Assembly (NCBI GenBank): GCA_951406725.2
Contig: OX597824.1
Location: 61,318,001-61,382,000 of the forward strand
Length of the DNA: 64,000 bases
Direction of reading: 5' to 3'
Origin: Octopus vulgaris
Taxonomy: Eukaryota
The translations under genes and the position numbers were made by a program. Below, piece by piece: positions 1 to 12,654 of this stretch (position 1 is its first letter; the number at the start of each line of letters is the position of its first letter). Below the pieces are notes generated by a model. The model did not search any database, had not been told where the DNA came from, and saw nothing but the letters and a program-made list of their open reading frames with translations.

Positions 1-270
1 AAGAATCCCATTGTTAGGTTGGCAATGTTAGGTGCTGGTCTCGTGCCCATCGCAATTCCCGATATTTGGCGGTAGCAGTTGGTGTCAAAAATGAAATGAT
101 TATTCTGGAGAATGAATTTAATTGATTCAATGATGAAGGTTTTGTTTATTCGTTATGGATGTAGTTCTAGCCAGAATCGAATCGCTTCCATTCCATAATC
201 ATGTGGAATGGAATGTTGGAGTATAGGTTTATAACATCGAAGGAGACCATGAGGGATTGTTCTCTTCACT
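1..270 (-). mobile_element. Penelope-like retroelement reverse transcriptase remnant (frameshifted, runs off window start)
   Basis: Minus-strand translation gives LLVSFDVINLYSNIP(H)DYGMEAIRFWL and then KFILQNNHFIFDTNCYRQISGIAMGTRPAPNIANLTMGF, matching the PLE RT motifs DV..LY.NIP and Q..G.AMG...AP..ANL.M. Confidence 0.75.
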
Positions 271-479
271 ATATATATATATACATACATACATACATAT
301 ATACATACATACATACAAACATACATACATACATATATACATACATACATACATACATACATACATGTATATGTATGTATATATATGTATCCAGCATGGC
401 CGCATTCAGATGACTGAAACAAGTGCAAGAATAAAAGAATCTATCTATCTATCTATCTCTCTATCTATCTATCTATCTC

Positions 480-560
<81 letters not shown>

Positions 561-615
561 ATCTATCTATCTATCTATCTATCTATCTAGATACGTATAT
601 ATATATGTATGCATA

Positions 616-666
<51 letters not shown>

Positions 667-700
667 ATGTGTGTGTGTATATGTGTGTTTGTGTGCGTGT
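271..700. repeat. Compound microsatellite (ATAC)n/(ATCT)n/(AT)n/(GT)n, representative of dozens of such tracts in the window
   Basis: Directly visible simple repeats; they account for the YI/HT/CV/LSIY pseudo-ORFs. Confidence 0.97.
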
Positions 701-2719
701 ATAATTTTAAATATAAGAGCCCTTAATAGCCCTACGTATAAACATACTTAAAATCTATGCATGTACTACACATATGCTTGCGCGCGTGTACGTTCATGTA
801 AGTATCGGAATTACATGATGGTTTCTTCGCGATTTTACCTCTCGATATTTGTGAAGCCCTATGTATTGTCACTGTGGTTTTTCGGTGAAAGAAAATTGGT
901 AAAATAATTCAGATAATCTTTGATGAAAGCTAAAAGGCGACGGAGACTGTTTTCCTCTTTTTGTATCCTGGTGTGACGAAATATTTTGTTTTAGTATCTG
1001 GTACCATTAATAGCCTAAAAATTTTTTATGGAAACAAGACTGCTGTGTTGGCAGTTTGCGTTGATCTGCTGTGCGATATTCTTGGATAAATCAAGATCAA
1101 AAGACATATTTTCTCCGGCGATTAATTATTTCTGTTTCTACGTGGTATCGAGTTAGCTTCTTTAACATAAACTGGGAGAGAGCAAACCATGTTACGTTTT
1201 AACCTAATATCAAGGAGTGATCAATAATATCCTCATGGCTTGTTAAAAAAACAGCAAAAACGGTATCACCATGAATTAAGAAAAATGTAACCAGAGATAC
1301 AATTCAGTGATCAGAACTGTGCTATGCTTTTAATAAAAAGGGAGAATAAATTAATATTTGAAGGTCTGAAAATATTTTTGCTTGTATAAAAATAGTATAA
1401 TCACCAAAGAGAAGAGGAAAAATATGAATTTTTATAAATGTGGATGGGGACGGGAAGGAGAATATAAAAGTGTCCTTAAGGATTTCGAGAAGCAAAGTAT
1501 AGCGAAACATATATTATCAAATTAATGGCTAAATACTCGGGCCATACTAATGTCAAAACACACTACAGAATTTTACCGTCATGGAAGAAAGATTAACTAA
1601 CACATTAGAAAACTACTAAGAAATCACTGAGCCAATTAGGGGAGCATCAGCGTGATCGTTCGAAATGGCAGAAGTAATATACATGTTTCCTTGAAACGAC
1701 TAGCGTTTTTAAATAGGATTCGTTGTTTTAAATGCACTATGCCTGAAATAAAGAAATTGATGGTTTGTATCGAGGATGTCCATTGACTATGCCTGAAATA
1801 AAAATCGTGATGGTACACCTGGAATGTTTCGAAGCTGTCATTGAACTAAACAGAACAAGAACAAGAACAACAACAAGAACAACAATGACAACAACAAGGA
1901 CAACGACGACGACGACAACAACAACAACAACAACGACGACGACGACGACAACAAGAACAACAACTAACAATTCAAAACAGATTGAAGTAGGATAGAGGGA
2001 ACGGCTATTAAAAAAAATAGGAGAAACTTATAACTTTCCTTAAACGTGTGTGTGTGTGTGCCTTTATATGTATGTATGTATTTGTTTGCCTGTCTGTCTG
2101 TTTGTCTCTCTTTCTCTCTCTCTCTATATATATATGTGTGTGTGTACATATTTGTATTAACTAAATGGAACACGTACACAAGGTGCATGTGTTAGTTTGT
2201 AGATCAACTCTGTTTTTAGGCGTACGAGAATATACTCTCAATGCACCTCCTGATAAAACACCTGAAAGTAAGTCATAGGCAAGCGAGACAACTCATATCA
2301 TATTAGACATTGATGTTTCGTTATTGTTGTGACTTTTCATTGCCGCGTACCGAACAAGGCTTGCTGCAAACTATATCGTCGAATATGACTATATGCTAAA
2401 GTGTCTGAAAACCATCTGCTTGTATCTCACAGCGTTTCATACTACGGAAAATATTCAAATATGAATTAGAAGCAGCATGTAGTATATAAACAAAATCGTA
2501 CACACTTACACAAAGTGTACGCGCTGTTAGTTCGTGGGTGGGCTACTTTTATAGGCGTAACAGAATACATTCTCAATGTAAGACAACTCACATCAGGTTC
2601 CTTGTTGGAGCGACAGATATCAATGTTTCGTCATTGTTGTGACTTTCCAATGCCGCATACCGAAGAATTCCGGCCCACATGTAACAATCAAGGGGATTGC
2701 AGTCTGGTGAGTTGGGTAG

Positions 2720-3796
2720 CCAGATGTTAGAGGTGATGTGGTCACAGAAATTGTCTGACAGCCACGACTGGGTTCTTCTGCTTGTGTGGCATGGTGCAGA
2801 GATATGTGAAGTTTATGATGTTGATTGTTTAACAGAACGCACATGTCAGAAGTGGTTAAAAAATTCCGTTCTGGAGATTTTTCACTCTAAGATGACTAAC
2901 GTTCTAGTCGACCTACTGCAGTTGATGATGACCGAATCAAAGCCATAATTGAATATGATTGTCATGTAACTGTGCAAGAGATTGCAGAGGGGTTAAATGT
3001 ATCACAAACAATTGACCATCACTTAAAATGTTTTGAACTCGTGAAGAAGCTCAATATTTGGGTTTCACAAAAATTGAAAGAGATTCACTTAACACGACGA
3101 ATCAATATTTGCGATATGTATCTAAAACGCAATGATATCAACCTTTTTTGAAACGAATCATCACTAGTGATGAAAAATAGATTGTCTACAATAACATAAC
3201 TCGAAAACGATCATGGTCCAAGCGTAATGATCAGCACAAACCACGTCGAAAGCTGAATTGCATCAAAAGAAGGTCATGCTGTCAATTTGGTGGGATTACA
3301 AAGGTGTTGTGTGTTTTGAGCTGCTTCTAAGGAACCAAGCGATCAATTCAGATGTTTACTGTCAACAACTAAGGAAAGAGAAGGGAGCAAACAAAGAAAA
3401 ATTGTCAGAATTGGCAAATCGTAAAGGAATCGTGTTCTACCATGACAACGCTAGACCACACACGTCTTCGCTAACTCATGAAAAATTATTGGAACTTGGT
3501 TGGGAAGTGGTGTCACATCCACCGTTTAACCCTGACCTTGCAACATTAGATAACCTTTTATTTCAAAGTTTGCAAAATTCAATAATGATGATGACCTGAA
3601 ATCTCACCTGCTTCAGTTTTTGGCTGATAAGGACCAGAAGTTTATGAGTGCAGAATCATGAAGTTGCCAGAAGGATGGCAAAAGGTCATCGAACAAAATG
3701 GAAAATATATAATTGATTAAGGTCCATTATTTGTAGGAAAAAAACCCGACTTTTATTTCACACTAAAAAAACCGAAATTACTTCCTTGCCAACTCA

Positions 3797-3798
<2 letters not shown>
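2720..3798 (+). mobile_element. Decayed mariner (DD34D) transposon, 3' TIR retained
   Basis: Broken frames give ICEVYDVDCLTERTCQKW, ITSDEK, KKVMLSIWWDYKGVV, HDNARPH and HPPFNPDLA. The element ends ...CTTGCCAACTCAA followed by (TA)n. Confidence 0.9.
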
Positions 3799-3846
<48 letters not shown>

Positions 3847-4826
3847 TTTTTTTTTGTTTTTGTAGTTTTAGCTCAGAGCTACGGTCATGCTGGGGCACCG
3901 CCGTTTTCCTACACTGTTAATACTGTGAGCCTCCTCTAATATGTGGCACTTGGTGAAGAATGAAGTTTGATGTCGCTACCCTCATTTGCACCACTTGCCA
4001 TGAGGTAGGTTCATCTGGGACTCTATACAGGAAGAGGTCCAGTTTTGATTTGAAAACACCTACATCCACTTTGTATAGGTCCCTCAGGCTCTTTGGGAGA
4101 ATATTGAAAAGCTGTGGGCCACTGAAACCCAGGCTGTTGCAGTAACAGGTCCTGAAGCGCGATGACATTGCTGGGATCTTTGGCACTGTGTAGTGTCGAC
4201 CCGTTCTGGTATTGGTGTAGCTTTCAATGCCAAAATTTGGCACAATTCCTTCCAGGATCTTCCAGATGTATATTACTGTGTTGAAATAATGAGACAATCT
4301 TCTTTGTGAAGCTTCGCTGGAATGCTTCAAGGTCCGCTGTTAAGTTTACACTGTTGGGTGACCATAGCTGGGTGCAGTAATCCAGAGGACCATCATGGTT
4401 TTCTTTTCTCTGGTTCTGAACGTTCTCAGGATCCATTCTGCCAGTTGTCTACACTTTGTCGCCATCCTGGTAATGTGCACTTGGAAAGAGGCATCATTAC
4501 TCATGTCGATACCCAGGTACCTCACTGATTTAGGCTCTGGGATTGAAATCCCCTGTGGACCGATGTACGCTGTAAGTTTTATATTCAGTTTTGGACGCTG
4601 GTAGCGCAGGGTTAGGAATTTTTCAGCATTAAACTGCATATTATTATCCTTAGCCCATCTGTAAATTGAGTCTAAGTCTAACTCCTGCTGCAAGTGTGCA
4701 ACATCGCTGGGGTTCTGCATTTTCTGCGAGACTTTCGTATCGTCTGCGTAGCTAGCAAGGGTGGTTATCCGGGCAGTTGAGGGCATATCTGAGAGAGCCA
4801 CTATGAAAAGCAGTGGTCCCAAGACG
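3847..4826 (-). mobile_element. 5'-truncated CR1/L2-type LINE (RT C-terminus and 3' tail)
   Basis: VLGPLLFI..SDMP, YADDTKV, WAKDNNMQFNAEK, YLGI, LDYCTQLWSP and IYIWKILEG. The 3' end is GGCGGTGCCCCAGCATG..AGCTCTGAGCT plus an A-rich tail, and both sides are flanked by (TA)n. Confidence 0.9.
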
Positions 4827-4830
4827 CATA

Positions 4831-4877
<47 letters not shown>

Positions 4878-4885
4878 ACATAAAT

Positions 4886-5078
4886 GTGAAACAAGGTGGA
4901 AAAAAGAGTATCAAATACCAGTGGTATATATGCTTTATTTAAAAGCAGAAGAAAATCAACAAAATATGAGTTTCACGTTCCTGCTCGTCGGACAGTTTTT
5001 GCTAGAAAAACTGTCCGACGAACGGAACGTGAAACTCACAGTAAAAGGTTTTGTTGAATTTTCTGCTGCTTTTAAATA
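4886..5078. mobile_element. Short fold-back element (imperfect palindrome 4936-5078) between (TA)n tracts, probably Penelope-terminal-repeat derived
   Basis: TATTTAAAAGCAGAAGAAAATCAACAAAA pairs with TTTTGTTGAATTTTCTGCTGCTTTTAAATA. Inner arms GAGTTTCACGTTCC..TCGTCGGACAGTTTTT and AAAAACTGTCCGACGA..GGAACGTGAAACTC surround GCTAG. Confidence 0.7.
5011..5041 (+). ncRNA. Degenerate minimal hammerhead-like motif
   Basis: CTGT-CCGACGA-ACG(GAA)CGT-GAA-AC-TC-ACAG. Stems I and II pair, but stem III is collapsed and position 4 is C. Confidence 0.4.
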
Positions 5079-5150
<72 letters not shown>

Positions 5151-5185
5151 CCTACCTATGTATACACATGCTGACTATTCCAAAT

Positions 5186-5830
5186 TCACAGATGATTACC
5201 GTCACTATAAGCTTCCTTGTTGATAATGGCATTTCTGACCTCCCGTCTATGACCTCTCAGATGCCTATTCAGTCCCACTGCAGATTTGCATGGTTTGAGG
5301 CATAGGTGATAAAGGCAAGTTATAACTTCCACTGGATCGATCAGATCATTTTGTGAGATATGATCTCGGTGAACCGCCATATGTCCCTTTAGCCCCGAAA
5401 TCCACTTGCAAGCGCTTTCAGACACGTCGAATCATCCGGTCTTGGAGGAAGGACATTGCATAGATTTGATCTTTTACAAGACGTTAAATAGTTGACATAC
5501 CCTTAGAAATGAGTACGCAGTATTTCACATCTCCAGTACATATTAATGTTCTGATGACTGTCTTTCCGAAGCCGGCGCTTTAAACTGTCGTATTCAAGGC
5601 GATCCTTTTCAAAAGTTTTACAACCTTCTCTACACACTTCCTCTTCCCAAAGCTAGTTTTTTCCAGTTCTTTAGATTGTTTTACAGTTCCTTCAGGTTGT
5701 CTTTTATGCAGTCTTTGAATCAGTTTTTGTGATTTACATCGAAGACACTTTCCGATGCAGAGCTCACCGTAGAACAGCTGCTTTAGAATCCTGTTATCTT
5801 GCATGTGCACAACATGACCCGCTCAAGCTT
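5186..5830 (-). mobile_element. RTE-type LINE 3' remnant
   Basis: HMQDNRILKQLFYGEL (post-RT motif of the RTE clade) and a terminal C2H2-like CLKPCKSAVGLNRHLRGH. Confidence 0.75.
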
Positions 5831-6696
5831 CTGAGTATATACGACAAAAGACTGGACGTATACACACACACGAACGATAGTAAAATTAAATATTGTTTGG
5901 ATTCAATCAGGACTTGATAAACAAAATAATCAGGTTTATATTAACATTTTCAAATGTTTGCAGCATTTCAAAAAATATTCCCACTTGGAATAAATTTAGA
6001 TTTCAAAAGAATTATGCAATTTTAGCATGATGCTAGTTTTATAATGTCGCACATCAAGTAAATCTATCACAGTGTTTCGGCCCCTGAAAGTCTGTTCAGC
6101 AATGAAGTTTGGTCTTTAGAAATATTTAAAAATGTTCTCTATAAATATTATTCAGAGATATATAAAAAGAAACTTGAGACAATATTTATTATCGCATTTT
6201 CATTTACGAATAGAAAAAAAAAAAGCTAACCCAAATCTATTGGTTCTGTGCTAAGTTAGTTATATGCAGATTTATATTTAGTAACAAGCTAGTATTGCCT
6301 ATTGTTCTTAGATTTTACACATCATGGACGGAGTTTTTCTCTTCTCATAATAATCGTTAATCAGTGTTTTTCACATTACCGTATTAAAACTGTATTATAA
6401 CTGTATTATTAAGCAGAACGTCCCTCTGAGGTAAGCCCCTCTGCCTTATTGTTCATATACATAGTCAACGTCACTCTATCTCCCTTAATCTCTCTCTCTA
6501 GTTCCTGACATACAAAATCCAAATGTTATGTTCTCGGTGGAAATACCTTGGATGATAAGTCTGCGTGAACGGGGCTGACCTAACTATTGTTGTTATACCT
6601 TAGCAAAGTTGAGGCGCAAACCTGATGAACGACAAACTTAGCAGCGAAATTTGAATCCTGATGTCTGAAAGACGAAACAATAGACTGGATTCTAAG

Positions 6697-7085
6697 GGCA
6701 GCGAGCTGGCAGAAACGTTAGCACACCGGACGAAATGCGTAGCCTTATTTCGTCTGCCGTTATGTTCTGAGATCAAATTTCACCGAGGTCGACTTTGCCT
6801 TTCATCCTTTTGGGGTCGATAAATTAAGTACCAGTTATGCACTGGGGTCGATATAATCGACTTAATCCGTCTGTCTGTCCTTGTTTGTCTCCTCTGTGTT
6901 TAGCCCCTTGTGGGTAGTATAGAAATAGGTATTTCGTCTGCCGTTACGCTCTGAGTTCAAATTGCGTCGAGGTCGACTTTGCGTCGAGGTCGATAAATTA
7001 AGTACCAGTTGCGTACTGGGGTCGATCTAATCGACTGACCTTCTCACTGAAAATTTTGGGCCTTGTGCCTAGAGTAGAAAAGAAC
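6697..7085 (+). mobile_element. tRNA-derived SINE family A (internally duplicated central box)
   Basis: Head GGCAGCGAGCTGGCAGAAACGTTAGCAC, B-box-like GAGTTCAAAT and central GTCGACTTTGCCTTTCATCCTTT.GGGGTCGATAAATTAAGTACCAG; other copies at 15476 and 57250. Confidence 0.85.
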
Positions 7086-7244
7086 ATACTGGATTCTATA
7101 CGTACAGCACTGTGTGCCACTGCTTTGTTTATCTTCACTGTTCTTTGTCAGATTTTATTTGGAAAATGTAAAATCATTGGAAAATTGGAAAATTATTGAA
7201 ATACGATTTGGAATATTTTAAAAGATAATATTATATACATACAT

Positions 7245-8270
7245 ACATGGAATTGAGTTCCTCAGGAACTCCCTTCCCGATGACGTCCTACACAGCCCCA
7301 AATCAGGTTGTCTAGCTTATCTCAAAGAAGACCTGGAAGTGAAAAGCTCAGCATACAAAAGAAAAAAAAAAAAAAGAAAATGACCATGCATGGGTAGGTT
7401 TCTCGTAGACTTCAAGAAAATAGTAGCATTGACATGAAGTGAAGCCTCTCTTGGACTCGTGTCAGCTACATCACATCACATTTGAAAGGCTATGAATTTG
7501 CAACCTAAGAACAGGAAACTGCATCTAAATACCTAATCAACAAAAGAAAGAGTGAAGCCCTTGGAGTTGCAAAATGCAACCGTAGATGTAGATTATATCA
7601 CATTTCCGTGGAAGACATCACACGTGATTAGCAGCTGCCTAAAAATGTCATCAAGCTACAACCACCCTATGCGACATGACGTTGTCGCAAAAACTATATA
7701 CAATGCCATTCGGAAAAAAGGGACTGTCCCGGAATAAATGTAGAGAATCACCCTCTTATTGAAATCGTCACAAATACGAGCACAAGGAATACTTGTGGAA
7801 CATTCCCATCAAATTATTTGTCAAGAGTAAACATATCAAACTGAATATTGTTGTTTGGGACAGACAAGAAAAGTATGTACCGTCATAGAGGTCAGTTGTT
7901 GTGCTGATGTGAATATCTCTTTCAAGATCAAAGAGAAAGAAGATAACTATGGACAACGGCATCGAAACCTCCCACTTATATATCTGGATTACTAATTTAC
8001 ATTTATACCAATAATAATTGGAGCACTTCTTGGTTTTATATGTAGATGACTAACTGTCGGTCTGGATAAGCTGGATTTTCCGATAAAGAAATCAACTAGC
8101 TGATTCGCACATTACAAATACAAGCTGTAAGCGGAACAGTAAAACTACGCATGACTTTTTTCAGTGTAACATAGTTTTCGTTATCTACATTCCACAGACG
8201 GAGCTTTGTATTTTTGTGAGAAACCAGCTCCTTCTTCAGAGGAAGAATTTAAGGGTTTAAATACACAAGT
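7245..8270 (+). mobile_element. Decayed non-LTR retrotransposon with restriction-like endonuclease (R2/R4/CRE group), 3' part
   Basis: HVISSCLKMSS..PMRHDVVAK, EYLWNIPI, IVVWDRQ and FIPIIIGAL; same family as 32290-33880. Confidence 0.75.
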
Positions 8271-8570
8271 ACAGAAGAGACATAAATACATACTTGAATA
8301 TATATATATATATATATATATTTAATTTATTTTCAATGGCGGTGCCTCAGCATGGCCACAGCTCGTGAGCTGAAACTAAACGAAATAATATATATATAAA
8401 GCTCCGTCTGTGGAATGTAGTTACGAAAACTATGTTACACTGAAAAAAGTCATGCGTAGTTTTACTGTTCCGCTTACAACTTGTATTTGTAATGTGCGAA
8501 TCAGCTAGTTGATTTCTTTATCGGAAAATCCAGCTTATCAGACCGACAGTTAGTCATCTACATATAAAAC
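8033..8570. repeat. Inverted duplication, arms 8033-8207 and 8398-8570
   Basis: About 175 bp arms are reverse complements with only a few differences. Confidence 0.92.
8338..8388 (+). mobile_element. Isolated CR1/L2-type LINE 3' tail (another copy at 34296-34345)
   Basis: GGCGGTGCCTCAGCATGGCCACAGCTCGTGAGCTGAAACT matches the tail of the LINE at 3847-3903. Confidence 0.75.
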
Positions 8571-9110
8571 TGAGAATGTGTGTCTGTCTGTCTGTCTGTC
8601 TGTCTGTTTCCCTAAAACTTGAGAACTTCACAACGAATTTCATTCAAATTTTACACATGCCTTACTTAGGGTTCATGTAGTTTCATGGGCAAAAAAAAAA
8701 AAAAATGTTCAACTTCTTGCTTAGGGCGAGCCTATAGTAATATCATATCTTTTCCACTATTTCAGTATTACGTGTTAAAAGTGAAACAAAAACATTTCTC
8801 TATTTTATGTCAGATACTTTCACATTAACAATAAAAATTAGAGAAAATAATAATTGAATTATATGTAGTAAGTAATAATTAAAATCAAACTAAAGTATAA
8901 TATAATGATTAAATCATAACATAACAATTAAAAGTAAAAATAACAATTGGTATAAAATTGCATCAATGACTTGAACTTGAATAAGTGGCTTCATATGAAT
9001 GGGAATAAATAAAAAATAAAACTTAAGTGCAGAAATGGAATAGTCCAGATAGAGCTGTGCACATACCCTTTACCACGGCTTTTACATTAAATTATCTGCT
9101 AATTAGCTAG
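8557..9110 (+). mobile_element. Non-autonomous Helitron-like element
   Basis: 5' TCTACATATAAAACTG followed by (GTCT)n, as in the other Helitrons here; candidate 3' end ...ATTAGCTAG. The 3' hairpin is degenerate. Confidence 0.55.
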
Positions 9111-9449
9111 CATTAAGTATCTATATGAAGTTTGTCTCTATGTAATGTCTGTTTTCTCGAACAGCCGCTTCTACTGAGTACTGCTGTTGGTTTATTTCTT
9201 ATACATAAAGGAATATAGCTTCAACTGCGTACTGCTTTTTGATTCACCGTAAGGTTTGTTGTTATTATTATTACTGTTTAATTATTGTTATCACGTTTGT
9301 TGGTTCCTCGTAAGGGAAACGTTGTTGTGTTGCATTTGTTAAATAATTGTAAACCGTAACCCTCCCGCTTTGGGAGAAGGAGCTTTGGTTATTGTTTAAA
9401 AATTGAATTGTGCCCCTGTTTGGGGAAATTGACAATATTTTCACCGTTT

Positions 9450-10000
9450 ATACGGAAGCATTTTTGTTAAAATGTCTTCGATAGAAGAAAGTCCAAAAAT
9501 GAATTTCACTGCAGCCGTCGGCGGGCGCGAACTCATTAAAATGGAAGAAATACAAACATATTTCGGATTGATCACCGACAAAGACGGTGAATCTAGGATA
9601 ACACTACCAAGCGAAATAAAAAATTAAATTAAAGAAAAGACTATTGTCTATAAAGTATACAATGTAGAGAAAAAAAAAATATTTGAACACCTGGAGGAAA
9701 GCACCATCGAAAAGTGTCTTGGTGCGAGTATGAAAGATATCAAGTATCTAACCAGAGGCGGTAACTTCCCCACAATAGAAGCAAGGTTCGAGTCAACGGA
9801 GCGAGCAAGGGAGTACTCGACTCGAAACCTGCAAAGTGGAAATATTTTATTTTTATCTTTATATCTGGAACGTGGGACGTCCGGTTAAAATTTAAAATGT
9901 CCCCCCAGAAGTATAGGTAGGCTGGATTGTAGCCACACTTCTATACAAGAGGGAAGACAAGATACAATTGATCGAAATTGCAAGAAACGGGCCTACAATT
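9450..10000 (+). mobile_element. Decayed ORF1/gag-like retroelement remnant related to 49270-50805
   Basis: Shares a broken Y.G....V.....VPPE....W.VA pattern with 49575-49660; multiple stops. Confidence 0.4.
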
Positions 10001-10197
10001 CCAGTCTGTTATATATTTTGAGTATTGTTATCACTAGCGATATCAGGATATAACTTTGTATTTTGTATTTTATGTGTAGATGTATATATATAGATGTACA
10101 TGTAATATGTACACATATATATATATACATATATACATGCACTAGCACTATGACCCAGCAACGACGGGTCATAAGGCTAGTATATATATATATATAA

Positions 10198-10252
<55 letters not shown>

Positions 10253-10315
10253 CATATATATATACATACATATATATATACATACATACATATATATATA
10301 CATACATATATATAT

Positions 10316-10416
<101 letters not shown>

Positions 10417-10457
10417 TATATACATATATATACACACATATATACATATATATATAC

Positions 10458-10488
<31 letters not shown>

Positions 10489-10581
10489 CGTATATATATA
10501 TATATGTATATATATATAGATATAGATATATATATATATACATAGACATATATGTGTATATACATGTATACACACGCACGT

Positions 10582-10612
<31 letters not shown>

Positions 10613-10635
10613 TACATATATGTGTGTGTGATGCC

Positions 10636-11000
10636 TGGTCTAGTGCGCATGTATCGTGCTTCCGGCAATTGCAGCTTGGAGTTGGCATCCTGGCTGAAAA
10701 TGTAGGAAAAGTTCACGGAGCGTCTATTGAAGTGTTCTTATATCTATGGACATCAGGAAATGTTTCTCTACCAAGGCTAGTAACTTGTTTTTGTATCTAC
10801 ATTAGTCCTAATAGTGAAGGAGAAAGTAGGAGCTAACCATATGATTTACTGTTGTATACGTTTAGGCGTTTTGTTTTGGCGGATGTCTGATATCTTCTCT
10901 TTAAAGCCACTCTCATTCAGGGTGATAGTGTAGTAGAGTGTTACTTCATCGAATATTTCTTTAGAGAAAAGAAGGCTCTTATAGGTACAGTCCTAATATA
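10636..11000 (-). mobile_element. Penelope-like remnant (linker upstream of GIY-YIG endonuclease)
   Basis: [14 protein letters not shown] resembles the CNCR...CPL motif of PLE ORFs and is truncated by a microsatellite; the extent is approximate. Confidence 0.5.
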
Positions 11001-11233
11001 CAAGAAAGCATTTAAAAGTAAAGCAACCAAAATGTTCACTCCAAACTGCCACGTCAGGAACCAGATTCTTTCCCACTAGCCCAGGCATGCACAGTGAGTT
11101 TAGTCGTCTACGAAATCGAGATCACTTCGGTTCTGCCAAATTAGAAAAAAAATTATAATTAGTATGTGCGAAAGTGACTTCAAAATGAGATGCGCCATCA
11201 ACACACACACAAACGCCCCACTATGTACGTACG

Positions 11234-11315
<82 letters not shown>

Positions 11316-12029
11316 TCTTGCAGAAAAGAAAACATTGACGTGATGATCTATGGGGTTATGCAATTTCGCCCAACCACTATGTAATCTTGTTAGTTGTTTC
11401 ACAAAAACATAATTCTATGCGAAATTTTGTACCCACATACATGGAGAGCGAACGCCTGCGCTCCCATATTTACTCCGGAGATTTGTCATTGATTTAATGG
11501 TGAGCTGGCGGGAGAGTGTTGTTCCTGAATGGGCAATAAAGGAATAATACCGATAAGTTTTTCTTTGACCTTTGCAATCATATTTGTAAAAACATTGATC
11601 ATTTGTAGCATGTTTACCGGCTGAAAAGAAAAAAAATCTGTAAGTTGTAAAAACCAAGCTATAGCTTCTAAGATATTGATTTATTTGATTGCAAATTTGA
11701 AAGTTGTAAACTTCACGACTCGAAGTGTTATACTGGCCATGCATTTACAACATTTTACAGCCGGCTCACCACCCTCCACTTAAAATATTCATCCTCGATT
11801 CAAGAAAATGATATTGTTATTACCTACTGTAATTGCGTGACTGAGTAAAGCGCCACTATAAGCATTTGCTAGGTTTTGGTTTTGAGTTTCTCTGCCATGC
11901 CAAGAGTATTCTAAATAATATATATGCAAACCTAATAGTGTTATATACAGCATGTTGTATCCCGTGTAAGAATGTTTTTATTTATTATATATTGATTACA
12001 TATTTATTATGTACTTATTTGAAACTTTA

Positions 12030-12230
12030 TTATCAATCTCATGATGGATTATGGTGACTGTCTCTGCTTTCAGCTCCAATATCATGGGTATCTCTATTTC
12101 CTTGTATTTTCCATTTCATTTAGTGAGATATATTGTCTTCATTTGGCATTGATATATCGATTAGAAGATACTTCTTTTATTGGTGGACTTTGGCAATAAC
12201 AACTGGACGATTTGCCTTAATCTCCTTTAA
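12030..12230 (-). mobile_element. R4/Dong-like endonuclease fragment
   Basis: IKANRPVVIAK..YLLIDISMPNEDN is homologous to IKANKPDIIVK..LLIDMSIPCDHN at 41980-42070. Confidence 0.6.
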
Positions 12231-12654
12231 TCAATTTTGCCTTTCATCCCTTTGGGTTGTAGAAAGATGAATAAAAACCACGCACACAAATGGTCAATCT
12301 ATCATTCTCCGATACATTTTGTAGTGTGTTGAGCGTTTATGTATAATCTCTTTTATCTGACTATCCTCAAATCCTGTCATATTTTCCTGTGTATGGAACC
12401 AACACTTCTATGATTATTTAAATAATCCGACATAACCAAGACAAAGAAGTCAGCAACAAAACCATTTATTATATCTTTGTAGCATTTACCTATTCAGCAG
12501 AGAATTCTAATACGCTGCTGGTTGTTTCTTGTCGGAAAACTTTGGATTCGTTTCGTGGTTAAAAACATTTCCGCGTATGTCCGGAGACTCTCAGTATAGT
12601 TTCTAATCATTTATGCTTTGCTGCATTCTTTCGGATATTTCCCACGTATAGGTT

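Noticed and set aside
2168-2665. Diverged local duplication (about 2168-2355 vs 2500-2665) and small tandem duplications at 1736-1815 and 38828-38880
   Set aside because: Real but ordinary decayed duplications with no structure or coding signal.
6621-6690. CTGATGA followed by GAAA
   Set aside because: No supporting stems; it looks like a decayed SINE fragment.
6697-6790. tRNA-like A/B boxes as tRNA genes (also 58957-59030)
   Set aside because: No complete cloverleaf; they are heads of multi-copy SINEs.
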